NCBI GenBank assembly: GCA_040876885.1
Contig: JBBDOU010000013.1
Span: 6,033 to 70,032 of the forward strand
Direction: 5' to 3'
Length of the DNA: 64,000 bases
Source: Minisyncoccota bacterium
GTDB lineage: Bacteria; Patescibacteriota; Minisyncoccia; Phycocordibacterales; JABMNX01
Both the position numbers and the translations under genes were made by a program. Of the stretch, positions 29,480 through 39,988 are shown in pieces. Each line of letters begins with the position of its first letter. Positions within the stretch are counted from its first letter, which is position 1. The notes beneath the pieces were generated by a model. It searched no databases. It was not told the DNA's origin and saw only the letters and a program-made list of their open reading frames with translations.

Positions 29480-31495
29480 TTAAGACTTCATAAGTGCAAT
29501 AAATGCACGCTCAGAAAGCGTCTCAACTCCGAGCGCAACTGCTTTATCATACTTAGTGCCTGGGCTCTCTCCAACGACAACGTAATCAGTATTTTTTGAG
29601 ACAGAGGAAGAGACAGAACCTCCCGATATTCTAATCTTTTCATGTGCCTCGTCTCTCGAGAGCTCCTTAAGTGAACCAGTGAGTACGAATACCTTACCTG
29701 AAAACACCCCCTTCTTCTGTACTGACTCACTTTTAATAACAACGTGTTTTAAGAGTCGGGTGAGCATCTCACTATGAACTGGGTTATGAAACCATGTATA
29801 TATAGACTCCGCGACAATCCTACCAACACCAGAGACGCGCTCAAGTGACGAAACATCGGCTTCTTTAATTTTTTTGAGAGAACCAAAATGAGCTGCGAGA
29901 TCATGTGCAGTCTCTTCCCCAACTTGGTCTATCGAAAGCGCTATCAAGAAACGAGGAAGCGTTACATTTCTCCCTGCACTTATTGCATTGATTAAATTCT
30001 CTGAAGATTTTTCTTTAAACCCAGGAAGTGCTTGTATATCACCCGCACGCAACGTAAAAATGTCGTCATACTGGGCAATTAATCCTTCTTCAAGGAGTCG
30101 GTCAATTATCTGCGGTCCCAACCCTTCAATATTAAATGCTTTCTTTGAAACAAAATAGTAAAACTTTTGTTTCTGTAGTTCAAATGAGTCTCTATCAACA
30201 CACCGATAAGCAGACTGCCCCGGAATCCTCTCAATACGGCCATCTCCCCCGCACCCGGCAACGTGTTCTGGAAATACGAACTCTTTCTCGTCTCCCGTGC
30301 GCAATGCCGTTAATACTGAAACGATATCAGGAATAACATCACCTGCTTTCTGGATTATCACCGTATCTCCAATGCGAACTCCGAGACGTGCAATCTCGTC
30401 TTCATTATGTAGTGTTGCTCGCGCAACAACAGAACCCGCCACTTCAACAGGACGTAGGTGAGCAACCGGCGTCAGTACTCCTGTTCTTCCGACCTGCAGT
30501 ACAATATCTTCAACCGTAGTGGTTACTTGCTGGGCTGGAAATTTAAACGCGACACCAAACCGCGGTGCTTTTGCGGTATATCCAAGAATCTTTTGCAAAG
30601 AAACATCATCTACCTTAAGCGCTACACCATCAACCTCATACGGGAGTGTGTCTTTTTGAGCAACCCATTTTTTATAATAGGTAACTACCTCCTGTAAGTC
30701 TTTGCACTTCTTATAGTGAGTATTTGTTTTAAAACCAAGATGCTTCAGCAACACCAACTCATCTATCTGAGTTTTTGGTGCTTCAACCCCATCCTCAATC
30801 AAATCTATATCGTAAAAAAATGAATCAAGATTTCTTTTTGCGGTAACCGTAGGGTCAAGCTGTCGGAGTGAACCAGCGGCTGCGTTTCGTGCATTAGCAA
30901 AAAGTGGCTCTCCATTTTTTGCTCTTTCTTTATTAATACGTTCAAACTCACGGTGTGAAATCCACGCTTCTCCTATAGCCACAAGGGTCACTGGCTTAGA
31001 TAAAATCTTAGGGATGCTCTGTATTACTTTTATATTATGAGTAATATTTTCACCCACACGTCCATCACCACGCGTGATGCCTCTTACGAGCACCCCTTTC
31101 TCATACTCAAGTACCACTTTAAGACCGTCTATCTTATGTTCTGCGCTATAGACAATATGCTTAGGAAGCGTTATCTCCTTTTCTAAGTATCGTGCAATAC
31201 GTTTCTCCCACGCGAGAAGTTCTTCTTCAGAAAACACGTTATCAAAAGACCACTGCGTTGCTTTATGCGTGACTTTCTCAAATGATGCAATTGGTGCGCT
31301 CCCTATTTTTTCAAGTGGACTCCCTTTTTTTATTTCTGGGTACTTGGACTCAAAAGCAACTAAGTCACGGACCAGTGAGTCATATGCTTCGTCAGAAATC
31401 TGAGGGGCGTCTTCTTTATGATACAGGTCTTGATGTCGAACAATCTCCTTCTGAAGCGCTGATATCTTTTTTTTAATATCTTTTGGTATAGCCAT
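29480..31495 (-). CDS. ligA: NAD-dependent DNA ligase
   Basis: Adenylation 'EHKIDGLKV' KxDG motif, OB fold, Zn-finger CxxC...CxxC, HhH and C-terminal BRCT. 671 aa. Confidence 0.93.
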   Translation of the reverse strand: MAIPKDIKKKISALQKEIVRHQDLYHKEDAPQISDEAYDSLVRDLVAFESKYPEIKKGSPLEKIGSAPIASFEKVTHKATQWSFDNVFSEEELLAWEKRIARYLEKEITLPKHIVYSAEHKIDGLKVVLEYEKGVLVRGITRGDGRVGENITHNIKVIQSIPKILSKPVTLVAIGEAWISHREFERINKERAKNGEPLFANARNAAAGSLRQLDPTVTAKRNLDSFFYDIDLIEDGVEAPKTQIDELVLLKHLGFKTNTHYKKCKDLQEVVTYYKKWVAQKDTLPYEVDGVALKVDDVSLQKILGYTAKAPRFGVAFKFPAQQVTTTVEDIVLQVGRTGVLTPVAHLRPVEVAGSVVARATLHNEDEIARLGVRIGDTVIIQKAGDVIPDIVSVLTALRTGDEKEFVFPEHVAGCGGDGRIERIPGQSAYRCVDRDSFELQKQKFYYFVSKKAFNIEGLGPQIIDRLLEEGLIAQYDDIFTLRAGDIQALPGFKEKSSENLINAISAGRNVTLPRFLIALSIDQVGEETAHDLAAHFGSLKKIKEADVSSLERVSGVGRIVAESIYTWFHNPVHSEMLTRLLKHVVIKSESVQKKGVFSGKVFVLTGSLKELSRDEAHEKIRISGGSVSSSVSKNTDYVVVGESPGTKYDKAVALGVETLSERAFIALMKS

Positions 31496-31498
31496 GGT

Positions 31499-31963
31499 TT
31501 AATACGTCACCCTAATCGCACGTTCTATTCTCCGTGGATTAACAGTGTTGTCACATGTCGTATTATACCCCTTAGACTCTATTTTTGTACGTGGATGAGT
31601 TTCACTCTTCGTCACTGAAACAGCCGAACAATAGCCGTCTACCTCAAACTGAAACGTCATAGCGCTGTTGTAGCCAAGACCACCCACTTCTGGAATACTC
31701 GTACTATTGCATGCAATCGCACCAGCGGTTGACGTGGAGAATGCTGAACCTTTTTGATCCCAATACAGCGCACACTCGATACCTGAATCAGCTGCGTAGA
31801 AAGCAAACTGAGACTCACGTCCAGAAGAAGACAGCAATAACTCCTTAATGGTGATATTAAATATTGCGAGACCTATCGAAAGGAGTACGCCAGAGATAAG
31901 TACGGCGACAAGCAGTGTAAATCCTCTTTTCTGTGTTTTATTTTTTTTCTTTAGGAAGTTCAT
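31499..31963 (-). CDS. Pseudopilin/minor pilin (prepilin-type N-terminus lacking Glu5)
   Basis: 'KRGFTLLVAVLISGVLL': class-III signal-like sequence followed by a hydrophobic helix. Confidence 0.6.
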   Translation of the reverse strand: MNFLKKKNKTQKRGFTLLVAVLISGVLLSIGLAIFNITIKELLLSSSGRESQFAFYAADSGIECALYWDQKGSAFSTSTAGAIACNSTSIPEVGGLGYNSAMTFQFEVDGYCSAVSVTKSETHPRTKIESKGYNTTCDNTVNPRRIERAIRVTY

Positions 31964-31964
31964 A

Positions 31965-32477
31965 TTATTGCCAATCTAAGATATTCTCTTTCACGCTAAA
32001 GGACTTGCTGAATGTCCCCGCGACCCACGAAACAGTGACTGAGACGCTGACCTCTTGGGAGTTAACTGTCCCAATTGAAACTGAACGAGTAAAAATACTA
32101 TCACTGCCACTTGCGTCATCGTGACTATAAAAACCGTTCGTACTGTTGTAATCAAGTCGTGGACATCCGTCGACTGGACAGAGCTCCATGTCCCCGTCAG
32201 TGGTGTCTACGGTAAATAATTCTCCGTTTGTATCAGGGAAGCCACTCAACCAACCAGAACCTGCGTGATAAGTGTTGTCGCGGGTGTTCCGTATATATTC
32301 AACTGCATCTTGCGCGAGATAGAACGCAGTAACTTGGTCTCGTGCAAAATAAGAACTCGCGAGACCCTTAGAAGCTATCGTTAACGGTGCGCTAATTGAA
32401 AGTAAGAGAATAGAAACCGCGACTAACGTTTCAATGAGTGTAAAGCCTTTATTTCTTTTTTTAGTACGCTGATACAT
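31965..32477 (-). CDS. Minor pilin / pseudopilin with prepilin N-terminal methylation motif
   Basis: 'KGFTLIETLVAVSILLL'. Confidence 0.75.
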   Translation of the reverse strand: MYQRTKKRNKGFTLIETLVAVSILLLSISAPLTIASKGLASSYFARDQVTAFYLAQDAVEYIRNTRDNTYHAGSGWLSGFPDTNGELFTVDTTDGDMELCPVDGCPRLDYNSTNGFYSHDDASGSDSIFTRSVSIGTVNSQEVSVSVTVSWVAGTFSKSFSVKENILDWQ

Positions 32478-32481
32478 ATTA

Positions 32482-33060
32482 TTATAAGTCTAGGACACGC
32501 TGAGAAATCGTTGTTTGCAAGCTAAAGTCTGTGGACGCCTTTGCGTTAACTCCCGCGGTTCCTGTTATTGTCATAACAACTCGTGGCTGTAGGGCATCTC
32601 CTCGAGCGGAACCAACTGTGTAGAATCTCATGTCATTAATAGTAACCTCAGAGGCAGTGATCGGGATAAATGTAGCGCCTCCATTGATTGATTTCTCAAT
32701 CCTCGAATTAATAAACCGATACACAACCTGATCTGTTGAATCTGATATATCTCCACTATTACTCTCAAACGCGAACAAGACTCCCCCATTAGCACAATCC
32801 TGTGGTATATCGATGTTTGCGGGAACGGTCGTTGTATCAGTACAGTGGAACGTATTCCCAACCCTAATATTCCTCGACATATTTTCTAATGCAAAGTTGA
32901 GGTTGTTTATCACCGAGTTAAGTGCCTGAGCCTTTCGATTCGCATCGATAAGAGAAAGGAGCGACCCAACACTAATAGTCATCACCACAGCAAAAAGAGA
33001 GACCGCGACCATGATCTCTATAAGCGTAAAACCCTTTTTTTGTTGTATATTTAAAAACAT
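32482..33060 (-). CDS. Minor pilin / pseudopilin with prepilin N-terminal methylation motif
   Basis: 'KGFTLIEIMVAVSLFAVVM'. Confidence 0.75.
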   Translation of the reverse strand: MFLNIQQKKGFTLIEIMVAVSLFAVVMTISVGSLLSLIDANRKAQALNSVINNLNFALENMSRNIRVGNTFHCTDTTTVPANIDIPQDCANGGVLFAFESNSGDISDSTDQVVYRFINSRIEKSINGGATFIPITASEVTINDMRFYTVGSARGDALQPRVVMTITGTAGVNAKASTDFSLQTTISQRVLDL

Positions 33061-33062
33061 AC

Positions 33063-33677
33063 TTATAATTGACTTTGAGAAATTGAAATCTGCCCCGTTG
33101 ACTCAACCGTAACCTGACGCTCATTTCCTTTTGGTGACCTCACCACAACCCGGGCACTTTGATACACGGTCGCCGCATCACCGTTAACGCGAATAAGCGC
33201 ATCTGGGTCTGGGCGGATAAACGTAATATCTAATGTTGAGATGTCATCGACATCACTACACAACTCAATTGAAGCAACAGATGTTGCACATACTTTTGCT
33301 ATTGAAAATCCCTGCCCTATTGAGAATACTTCCTCAGTCCCATCACTTACATCAAAAGTATTATTCTTGTCTACGTCAGCAAAGATTCTATAGCTCGTAT
33401 TGCTATCAATATCAAAGTGAACTCCATAGCCAATATCAAAGGTCCCCGTTCCCACCCCAAATTCACGTACACTGAGTCCAAACACCTGTGCTTGCCGAAT
33501 TGATAAGCCGACATCATACGCGAGTGCGCCAACTAGTATATTCCCACCAAACGCGGCGTGATTCACTAAGACTACTGAGGTTATCATCAACATGATACCG
33601 GTCGTTACCACAAGCTCTACCATAGAAAACCCACGGTTCTTTTTTTTCTTATGTAAGACGTGTGTGTTTTCGTTCAT
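33063..33677 (-). CDS. Minor pilin / pseudopilin with prepilin N-terminal methylation motif
   Basis: 'RGFSMVELVVTTGIMLMITSVVL'. Confidence 0.7.
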   Translation of the reverse strand: MNENTHVLHKKKKNRGFSMVELVVTTGIMLMITSVVLVNHAAFGGNILVGALAYDVGLSIRQAQVFGLSVREFGVGTGTFDIGYGVHFDIDSNTSYRIFADVDKNNTFDVSDGTEEVFSIGQGFSIAKVCATSVASIELCSDVDDISTLDITFIRPDPDALIRVNGDAATVYQSARVVVRSPKGNERQVTVESTGQISISQSQL

Positions 33678-34525
33678 TACGGTGTAATAAGTGTAATTAA
33701 ATTAAATTCAAAAAAATATACGATAAAAAAACTGAGGATTATAAAAGGTGCAAAAGGTATTTCAGTTTTAATTGTAAGGTCTTTCGCAAGTAAATTCAAT
33801 TTTCTTGTACGCAGTACCATGCTCAAAAAGATTAGAAGTCCGCTCACCACAGCTCCTACCCAAAAAGATAGCGCAAATGCAGACACGCCTCCCGATAGTC
33901 CAAGAAACCAACCAACCCCCAAGAAAAGCTTTGCATCTCCAAGACCTATCCACGTACCGCGAGAGATAATCCAAAGAAACCAAATAGGAAGGGCGAGAAT
34001 TGGACCTGCAATTAACGCGTAGAGCGAGGGCTGAACATACGAAACTGTTTCAGGGTTAATAAATAACGCGACAAAAGATATACCCGCAAACCAATAGACG
34101 AAACTGTCTAGGATAATACTATGTTTGAAATCATACACGGTAATGACGACAAGAATCCCCGTAACGACGAGCGCAAGTATTGTTTCAAAGACCGTAATAG
34201 CTTTAAAAAACACCAAAAGAAATAAAACCCCAGTGAGCGTTTCAACGAGAGGGTATTGTAAAGATATTTTGCTTCCACAAACTTTGCACGAGCCCCGTAA
34301 CCACACATATGAAAGTACCGGTATCAAACTGCTTGCAGTGAGTGTCCTTCCGCACGACTGACACTGAGACCTCCCCGTAAGACCCTTCCCCGTATTGAAC
34401 CTCAAAATAACCACGTTCAAAAAACTTCCCACAAGGGTTCCAAAAATAAAAAATGAGACCGCTATTAATATCTCTAGACTCATCACCATATCGGTAAGTA
34501 TATCGTGTTTATACTTCAGGGGCAC
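33677..34525 (-). CDS. pilD: Prepilin peptidase (A24 family, PilD-like)
   Basis: N-terminal Zn-binding 'CQSCGRTL...CKVCGSKI', multi-TM peptidase A24 body. Confidence 0.88.
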   Translation of the reverse strand: MPLKYKHDILTDMVMSLEILIAVSFFIFGTLVGSFLNVVILRFNTGKGLTGRSQCQSCGRTLTASSLIPVLSYVWLRGSCKVCGSKISLQYPLVETLTGVLFLLVFFKAITVFETILALVVTGILVVITVYDFKHSIILDSFVYWFAGISFVALFINPETVSYVQPSLYALIAGPILALPIWFLWIISRGTWIGLGDAKLFLGVGWFLGLSGGVSAFALSFWVGAVVSGLLIFLSMVLRTRKLNLLAKDLTIKTEIPFAPFIILSFFIVYFFEFNLITLITP

Positions 34526-34584
34526 TCTGTATAAAAAATAAACCCCGAGAAGGAGTTTATTTTTTCTTTAAGTGTAAATGGTCG

Positions 34585-35031
34585 TTATGGCTTCACGTCG
34601 TAGATAGGATCTGTTCCCGCAAAAGCAGTCCCTCCGTCAGTACATACAGTTCCCGCATCTGCATCAATATCTGAGTTAAGTGCTGTGTGTGTCGTGTTCT
34701 CAAGCGTTGCCCCAAGGTGATAACTTGAACACGTTGTTCCTGAACCAAGTGCAGCATATGAATACACAGCACTTGTTGTTGGGTCAGTAGGGTTTGTTGC
34801 AATGTATGTTGGAACGAGTGATGCTGTTGATGTTGGGTAGTTTGCATTTGAGTCAAAGTAGAGTTCAAGCGCAAGCTGAATTTGTTTAATATCAGATATT
34901 CTTCGGGCATCTCGTGATTTTTGTCGCGCGCTGTTTAAAGACGCAAGAACCACAGAAGAAAGGATACCAATGATTGCAATAACAACCAAAAGCTCAATCA
35001 ATGTAAAACCTTTTTTGTTTTTATAAAGCAT
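34585..35031 (-). CDS. Type IV major pilin
   Basis: 'KKGFTLIELLVVIAIIGILSSVVLASL' canonical G^FTLIE N-terminus. 148 aa. Confidence 0.85.
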   Translation of the reverse strand: MLYKNKKGFTLIELLVVIAIIGILSSVVLASLNSARQKSRDARRISDIKQIQLALELYFDSNANYPTSTASLVPTYIATNPTDPTTSAVYSYAALGSGTTCSSYHLGATLENTTHTALNSDIDADAGTVCTDGGTAFAGTDPIYDVKP

Positions 35032-35177
35032 ATGTAAATTTTTCTTAATAATGTAGCGGTAATGTAATCGAATTACGACGAGAACGCTATTGCATCTTAT
35101 TATAATTGCTTAGCCCTAAAGACACAGGGGTCGCCGTGTGGATAACTTGAACCTACTCACACCTTTGTGAATTCCGC

Positions 35178-36386
35178 TTAAATACTTGCAGATATGTTGT
35201 AAATAGGAATCAAGACTGATGCCAAGAGAAATCCAACTCCTAAACCGAGTAAAACAATCATAATCGGCTCAATGAGACCCACCAGTGTGTCCACTGCAGC
35301 GCCTACCTCACGTCGGTAGAACTTAGCTAATGTTTCAAGTATGTTTCCTAACTCTCCTGTTTCTTCACCAACCTTAATCATCTGAACGAGAATACCGGGG
35401 AATTCATCATGTGCCTCAAGTGCTTCTGACAGTTGCATTCCTCCTTTGACTTTTTCTATAACTTCGGTCAAGAGACGCTCGTACAATGGGTTTCCTACTA
35501 CTGAGGCAGTAATCTCAACAGCGCGAACCATCTGAATACCGCTCGTAAGCATCGTACTTAAGTTATCTGCAATTCGAGAGAGATACAGCTTTCGATACAA
35601 ATCTCCAACAAAAGGAATCGATAGTTGTAATTCTGCAACGATCAACTTTCCATGTGCGGTCTTAAGGTATCTCCAGAAGAAGAATGTACCCACTAATATG
35701 AAGATGAGGAAAAATACACCGTAATTGAGCAGTAACTCACTTAGTGTAATAACGACTTTAGTGTACAGCGGTACCGCTTGTCCTGACTCAAGCAAGATAG
35801 CGCTTAATCGAGGAATAACCATGGTGAGCATAAGAATCATCACGATCACAAACGTAGAAATAACAAATGCTGGGTAAATCAACGCGTTTCGTGCCTTCAT
35901 ACCAACCTCATACGTTCGGTCGAGATAATCAGCGAGATACGCAAACGTCTTGTCGAGTTGTCCCGACTCTTCACCAGCCCTAATCATGCCAATATAAAAT
36001 GAAGAAAATACTTTTGGATGTTTTGAAAGTGCGCTCGAGATAGTTGTTCCTGACTGCAAATCATCAGCAACCTCTGCAAGTTTTTTTCCGAGGAGTGGGT
36101 TGATTGATTCTGAAGAAAGAAGCTTAAATACCTTAAGCGCTGAAACTTGAGCTTCAAAAAGAGTCGCAATCTGCCGAGACAGAATAACCACGTCTTTATT
36201 CGACACTGATTCAAAGAAATTAATATCCCTTTTAAAGATGTTGGATTCAACACCCGCTTCTTTTACTGAAGATATCGTATACCCTCTTCGTTGAAGTGAG
36301 CTAATAGCCACATCAACATTAATAGCATCAATACTCCCTGTTGAGAGTTTTCCGCTTTGGTCTACTACTTCGTAATTAAATAACAT
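35178..36386 (-). CDS. pilC: Type IV pilus platform protein PilC (T2SS F-like)
   Basis: 402 aa with two GspF-like repeats and 3 TM segments. Confidence 0.85.
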   Translation of the reverse strand: MLFNYEVVDQSGKLSTGSIDAINVDVAISSLQRRGYTISSVKEAGVESNIFKRDINFFESVSNKDVVILSRQIATLFEAQVSALKVFKLLSSESINPLLGKKLAEVADDLQSGTTISSALSKHPKVFSSFYIGMIRAGEESGQLDKTFAYLADYLDRTYEVGMKARNALIYPAFVISTFVIVMILMLTMVIPRLSAILLESGQAVPLYTKVVITLSELLLNYGVFFLIFILVGTFFFWRYLKTAHGKLIVAELQLSIPFVGDLYRKLYLSRIADNLSTMLTSGIQMVRAVEITASVVGNPLYERLLTEVIEKVKGGMQLSEALEAHDEFPGILVQMIKVGEETGELGNILETLAKFYRREVGAAVDTLVGLIEPIMIVLLGLGVGFLLASVLIPIYNISASI

Positions 36387-36390
36387 ATGG

Positions 36391-37455
36391 TTATAGGTAT
36401 TTTTCTAAGATTTGTGGGTTGAGTGAGTGCGCATGTGCATCCTCTATGGTAATCTCACCCCGTCGCACAAGGTCAGCAAGAGAACGGTTCATGTCGACCA
36501 TACCTTCTCCGGAACTTGTTTCTATAACTGTATTAATCTCATGCGTACGTTTCTCACGAATAAGGTTCGCCACCGCTTTGTTATTAATGAGAAGTTCGTA
36601 TGCAGGAATTAAATCTCCCGAGATACGAGGAATCAAGCGCTGTGAAAATATTCCCGCTAAACTCACTGAGAGTTGGATTCGTATCTGATCCTGCTGTCCA
36701 GGGGGAAACGTGTCGATAATTCTATCAATTGTTTGCGCGGCATTATTTGTATGCAGTGTTGAAAACACTAAATGCCCTGTCTCCGCTGCAGTCACCGCAG
36801 CAGCCATTGTTTCAGGGCTACGCATCTCTCCTATCATAATAACATCAACGTCTTGTCTAAACACAGAACGAAGGGCTGTCGCAAAGTCTTTTGTGTCAAC
36901 ACGAATCTCCCGCTGGTCAATCATTGACTTCTTTTGTTCAAAGACATACTCCATTGGGTCTTCTATTGTAATGATGTGCTCCGCCCGCTCAGCATTAATC
37001 ATCTCAATCAACGCAGCGAGTGTTGTCGACTTACCCTGCCCAACCGGACCAACGACAAGAAAGAACCCCTGTCGTTGTGATGCAAAGTCAGCGAGTTTCG
37101 GTGGAAGCCCAAGCTCATCCAGAGTTTTAATTTTCTTTGGAATAAGTCGTAGTGCAATACTCACTGAACCTCGTTGGAAAAACCCATTTCCACGAAGGCG
37201 TACCTCTTGGTATTCATATGAAAAATCTATCTCCTGATTCTCTATAAACAAACTCTTCTGCTCTTCAGTGAGCAATGCAGTAATAAGCCCGAGCGTATCC
37301 TCTTTAGAAAGCGGTGTCTTACGGGTAAGTGGCACCAAAGACCCTGCGACCCGAATAGTCGGCACAGCGCCTTCTGAAATATGTAAATCTGAACCACCTT
37401 CTTTAATAAGAATATCGATAAGGCTCTTAATTTCTGCTGTGTAATCCATAGGCAC
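36391..37455 (-). CDS. pilT: Type IV pilus retraction ATPase PilT
   Basis: 354 aa. Walker A 'GPVGQGKST', Asp box, His box. Lacks an N-terminal GSPII_E_N domain. Confidence 0.8.
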   Translation of the reverse strand: MPMDYTAEIKSLIDILIKEGGSDLHISEGAVPTIRVAGSLVPLTRKTPLSKEDTLGLITALLTEEQKSLFIENQEIDFSYEYQEVRLRGNGFFQRGSVSIALRLIPKKIKTLDELGLPPKLADFASQRQGFFLVVGPVGQGKSTTLAALIEMINAERAEHIITIEDPMEYVFEQKKSMIDQREIRVDTKDFATALRSVFRQDVDVIMIGEMRSPETMAAAVTAAETGHLVFSTLHTNNAAQTIDRIIDTFPPGQQDQIRIQLSVSLAGIFSQRLIPRISGDLIPAYELLINNKAVANLIREKRTHEINTVIETSSGEGMVDMNRSLADLVRRGEITIEDAHAHSLNPQILEKYL

Positions 37456-37850
37456 TATTTTTTATTCTTAATTATTTCTTTTATTTGAGTTAATACTTCT
37501 GAAGGAATCGCGCTCGCCTTCACAATGTATCCATCAATTCCTAATGCTTCTGCTTTTTCTATATCAGCTTGTTCGCCTTGATTTGAGAGCATTATAATCA
37601 CCGGGTCACCCCCAAGCTTCTCTTTTTTTATAGTCTTCACGAGTTCGAGTCCGTCAATATCAGGCATTACTGCATCGAGAACCACTGCTTGGACTATAAG
37701 TCCTCCTCGAAGACGCTCAAGCGCAACTTCACCACCCAAACACGTTTCTATCTCGTTTCCATCCTCACGGAACTTCCTGCTATACATATCAAGAAGGAAT
37801 GTGTCGTCGTCGACAAGTAATATTGGGCCTTTTTTATCTTCTGCAATCAT
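37455..37850 (-). CDS. Stand-alone response-regulator receiver domain (CheY-like) embedded in the pilus operon
   Basis: 'ILLVDDD', 'LDAVMPDIDG' phospho-acceptor Asp context, conserved Lys near the C-terminus. 131 aa. Confidence 0.8.
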   Translation of the reverse strand: MIAEDKKGPILLVDDDTFLLDMYSRKFREDGNEIETCLGGEVALERLRGGLIVQAVVLDAVMPDIDGLELVKTIKKEKLGGDPVIIMLSNQGEQADIEKAEALGIDGYIVKASAIPSEVLTQIKEIIKNKK

Positions 37851-39628
37851 TATTCTGTATCATTAGCTTCTACGTCCGCAGTATCTTCCAATAAAATTCC
37901 TCCCAACGTATTAATCTCTCTAAATGGAATTAATTTCTGAGATGATTTAATAATAGCATCTTCTTTCATGGTGAGCATTCCACTTTTGCGTGCAATCTTG
38001 TATATCTCGGATTCCGCAGAATCTACCAAGAGTGCTTTTTCAATATCTTTATTCATTTCAAGTACTTCAAAGACCGCTACTCGTCCGCGGGTTCCACTAG
38101 GACAGTCTGGTGTTGGTTTTGCTTCATACAAAATGTCGAGGTTCGGTAGTTTCTTTCGTGCTGACTCAGGGAGGTCTGCAAACTGATTCTCAAGCATAAG
38201 TTTAATGCTGTCGTTAACAGGAATAGCCTCTGCCCCACCATCACAGATTTTTTGTGTGAGTCGTTGCGCAACGACAGCAACGAGTGTTGGCGCAATAAGG
38301 TAGGGGTCAACACCCATATCAATAAGACGTGGTATCGCACCGACTGAGGTGTTTGTGTGGATTGTAGAAAGTACTAAATGCCCCGTAAGCGCAGCTTGGA
38401 CCGCAAGCTGGGCTGTCTCTTTGTCTCGAATCTCCCCCACCATAATGACATCAGGGTCTTGTCGCAGGGTGGTTCGAAGCCCTGTAGCGAACGTATATCC
38501 AATCTCGGGACGCAACTGTGACTGACTAACTCCCTCCATATTGTATTCGACCGGGTCCTCAAGCGACAGTACGTTTTTTGTCTCTCTGTCGAGCTCACTC
38601 AACATTGAATACAGTGTTGTACTCTTACCTGAACCAGTAGGTCCTGAGATGAGCACTAAGCCATAGGGCTTCTTAATGGCATTCTTTATAATCTTAAGAT
38701 TCTTTTCACCAAAACCGATATCATCAAGTTTTATAAAACCACTACTCTGATCAAGAATACGCATCACCACCTTCTCACCATAGTAAGTTGGAAATGTTGA
38801 AACTCGAAAATCAACCTTACGCCCTTTCACTGTTGCAGAAAATCGCCCATCTTGTGGCTTTCTGCGCTCATCAAGTCGCATTGATGAAAGAATCTTAATA
38901 CGAGCAACCACCGCTCGATGTACTTTTTTAGGGAGTATGAGGTTTGTATTCAATGCACCATCGACTCGAAATCGAACCTTAATCTTCTCACCCGTGTTTT
39001 CGATGTGAATATCTGATGCCCGTCCCTCAACTGCGTACCCCAAAACAGTAGCAACTATTTTTGTTACTGGTGCGTCTTCTATAATATGCGTCCCTCCTTC
39101 TACCGTATCAACATTTCCAAGAACCTCTTCTTCTCCATCAAAATCCTTACTGTCACTAACGAGTTCTGTTTCAAGTTCAGAAAGCGCTTGACCCACCTCT
39201 CCTGAAAGACCTTTGTACATCGCAAGCACCTTTTTAAAATCAGTCTCCGATATAAGAAAAACTTTGAAGGGTAAGTTAATCTTTGATGAAATAAAATTAA
39301 GCGCATCAAGCGCTTCTATATTGTCTGGGTCGACAATTCCAACCTCAAGAACCCCATCAGCAACCCCAAGAGGAACAAACCCGTAATGTGTTGCAGACTC
39401 TTCAGGAATATATTTCAAAACCTCAAAAGGTACCTTATCATCCCCAACAACACGAGTCGGTACACTCATTGCTTCTGCTTTAATATTTAAAATATCCTCA
39501 GGTGAGATGCCCCGTTTAAGCAATACTTCTTCTATTGTAAAACCTCCCGTCTCCGCTTCTTTTCTGATAGCATCTGCGTCTTCGCTCTCAATAAAATTAC
39601 GCTCTACCAGGGTATTTATTATATCCAT
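37850..39628 (-). CDS. pilB: Type IV pilus assembly ATPase PilB (GspE family)
   Basis: 592 aa. N-terminal T2SS_E_N domain, Walker A 'GPTGSGKST', tetracysteine-like region 'CDGG...CPSGTRG'. Confidence 0.88.
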   Translation of the reverse strand: MDIINTLVERNFIESEDADAIRKEAETGGFTIEEVLLKRGISPEDILNIKAEAMSVPTRVVGDDKVPFEVLKYIPEESATHYGFVPLGVADGVLEVGIVDPDNIEALDALNFISSKINLPFKVFLISETDFKKVLAMYKGLSGEVGQALSELETELVSDSKDFDGEEEVLGNVDTVEGGTHIIEDAPVTKIVATVLGYAVEGRASDIHIENTGEKIKVRFRVDGALNTNLILPKKVHRAVVARIKILSSMRLDERRKPQDGRFSATVKGRKVDFRVSTFPTYYGEKVVMRILDQSSGFIKLDDIGFGEKNLKIIKNAIKKPYGLVLISGPTGSGKSTTLYSMLSELDRETKNVLSLEDPVEYNMEGVSQSQLRPEIGYTFATGLRTTLRQDPDVIMVGEIRDKETAQLAVQAALTGHLVLSTIHTNTSVGAIPRLIDMGVDPYLIAPTLVAVVAQRLTQKICDGGAEAIPVNDSIKLMLENQFADLPESARKKLPNLDILYEAKPTPDCPSGTRGRVAVFEVLEMNKDIEKALLVDSAESEIYKIARKSGMLTMKEDAIIKSSQKLIPFREINTLGGILLEDTADVEANDTE

Positions 39629-39655
39629 ATTGTTATCCTGGGGTTACTTTCTATG

Positions 39656-39988
39656 TTAAATACTGTCTGAACCAATTGGAGCAAACGGATTCTGCCTACC
39701 GGTTGGCTCAGGAACAAGTTGCTGTCCAAAGTCAATTAATGTTTTAAATGCTGGCTCACTAAAGATTGCGTCATTGAGTGTGATTGAGCGTAAGTTAACA
39801 AGAAGGAGGAGTAACTCATTATCACCACCTCGTACTGTAGCGTTTTGAGAAGTAAGGACTACTCCCCCGCTATTACCACCTCCATCAAAGAACATGGTGT
39901 ACCCAAAGAAAACCACAACGGTGATACCGAGGATAGCGAGTAGTGTTTTATATTTTTTAAATGTTTCAATCATAATTATTTTAGCCAA
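39656..39988 (-). CDS. Small pilus-operon membrane protein (PilP-like position; hypothetical)
   Basis: 110 aa, single TM, Gly-rich segment. Overlaps the pilO stop by 13 nt. Confidence 0.45.
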   Translation of the reverse strand: MAKIIMIETFKKYKTLLAILGITVVVFFGYTMFFDGGGNSGGVVLTSQNATVRGGDNELLLLLVNLRSITLNDAIFSEPAFKTLIDFGQQLVPEPTGRQNPFAPIGSDSI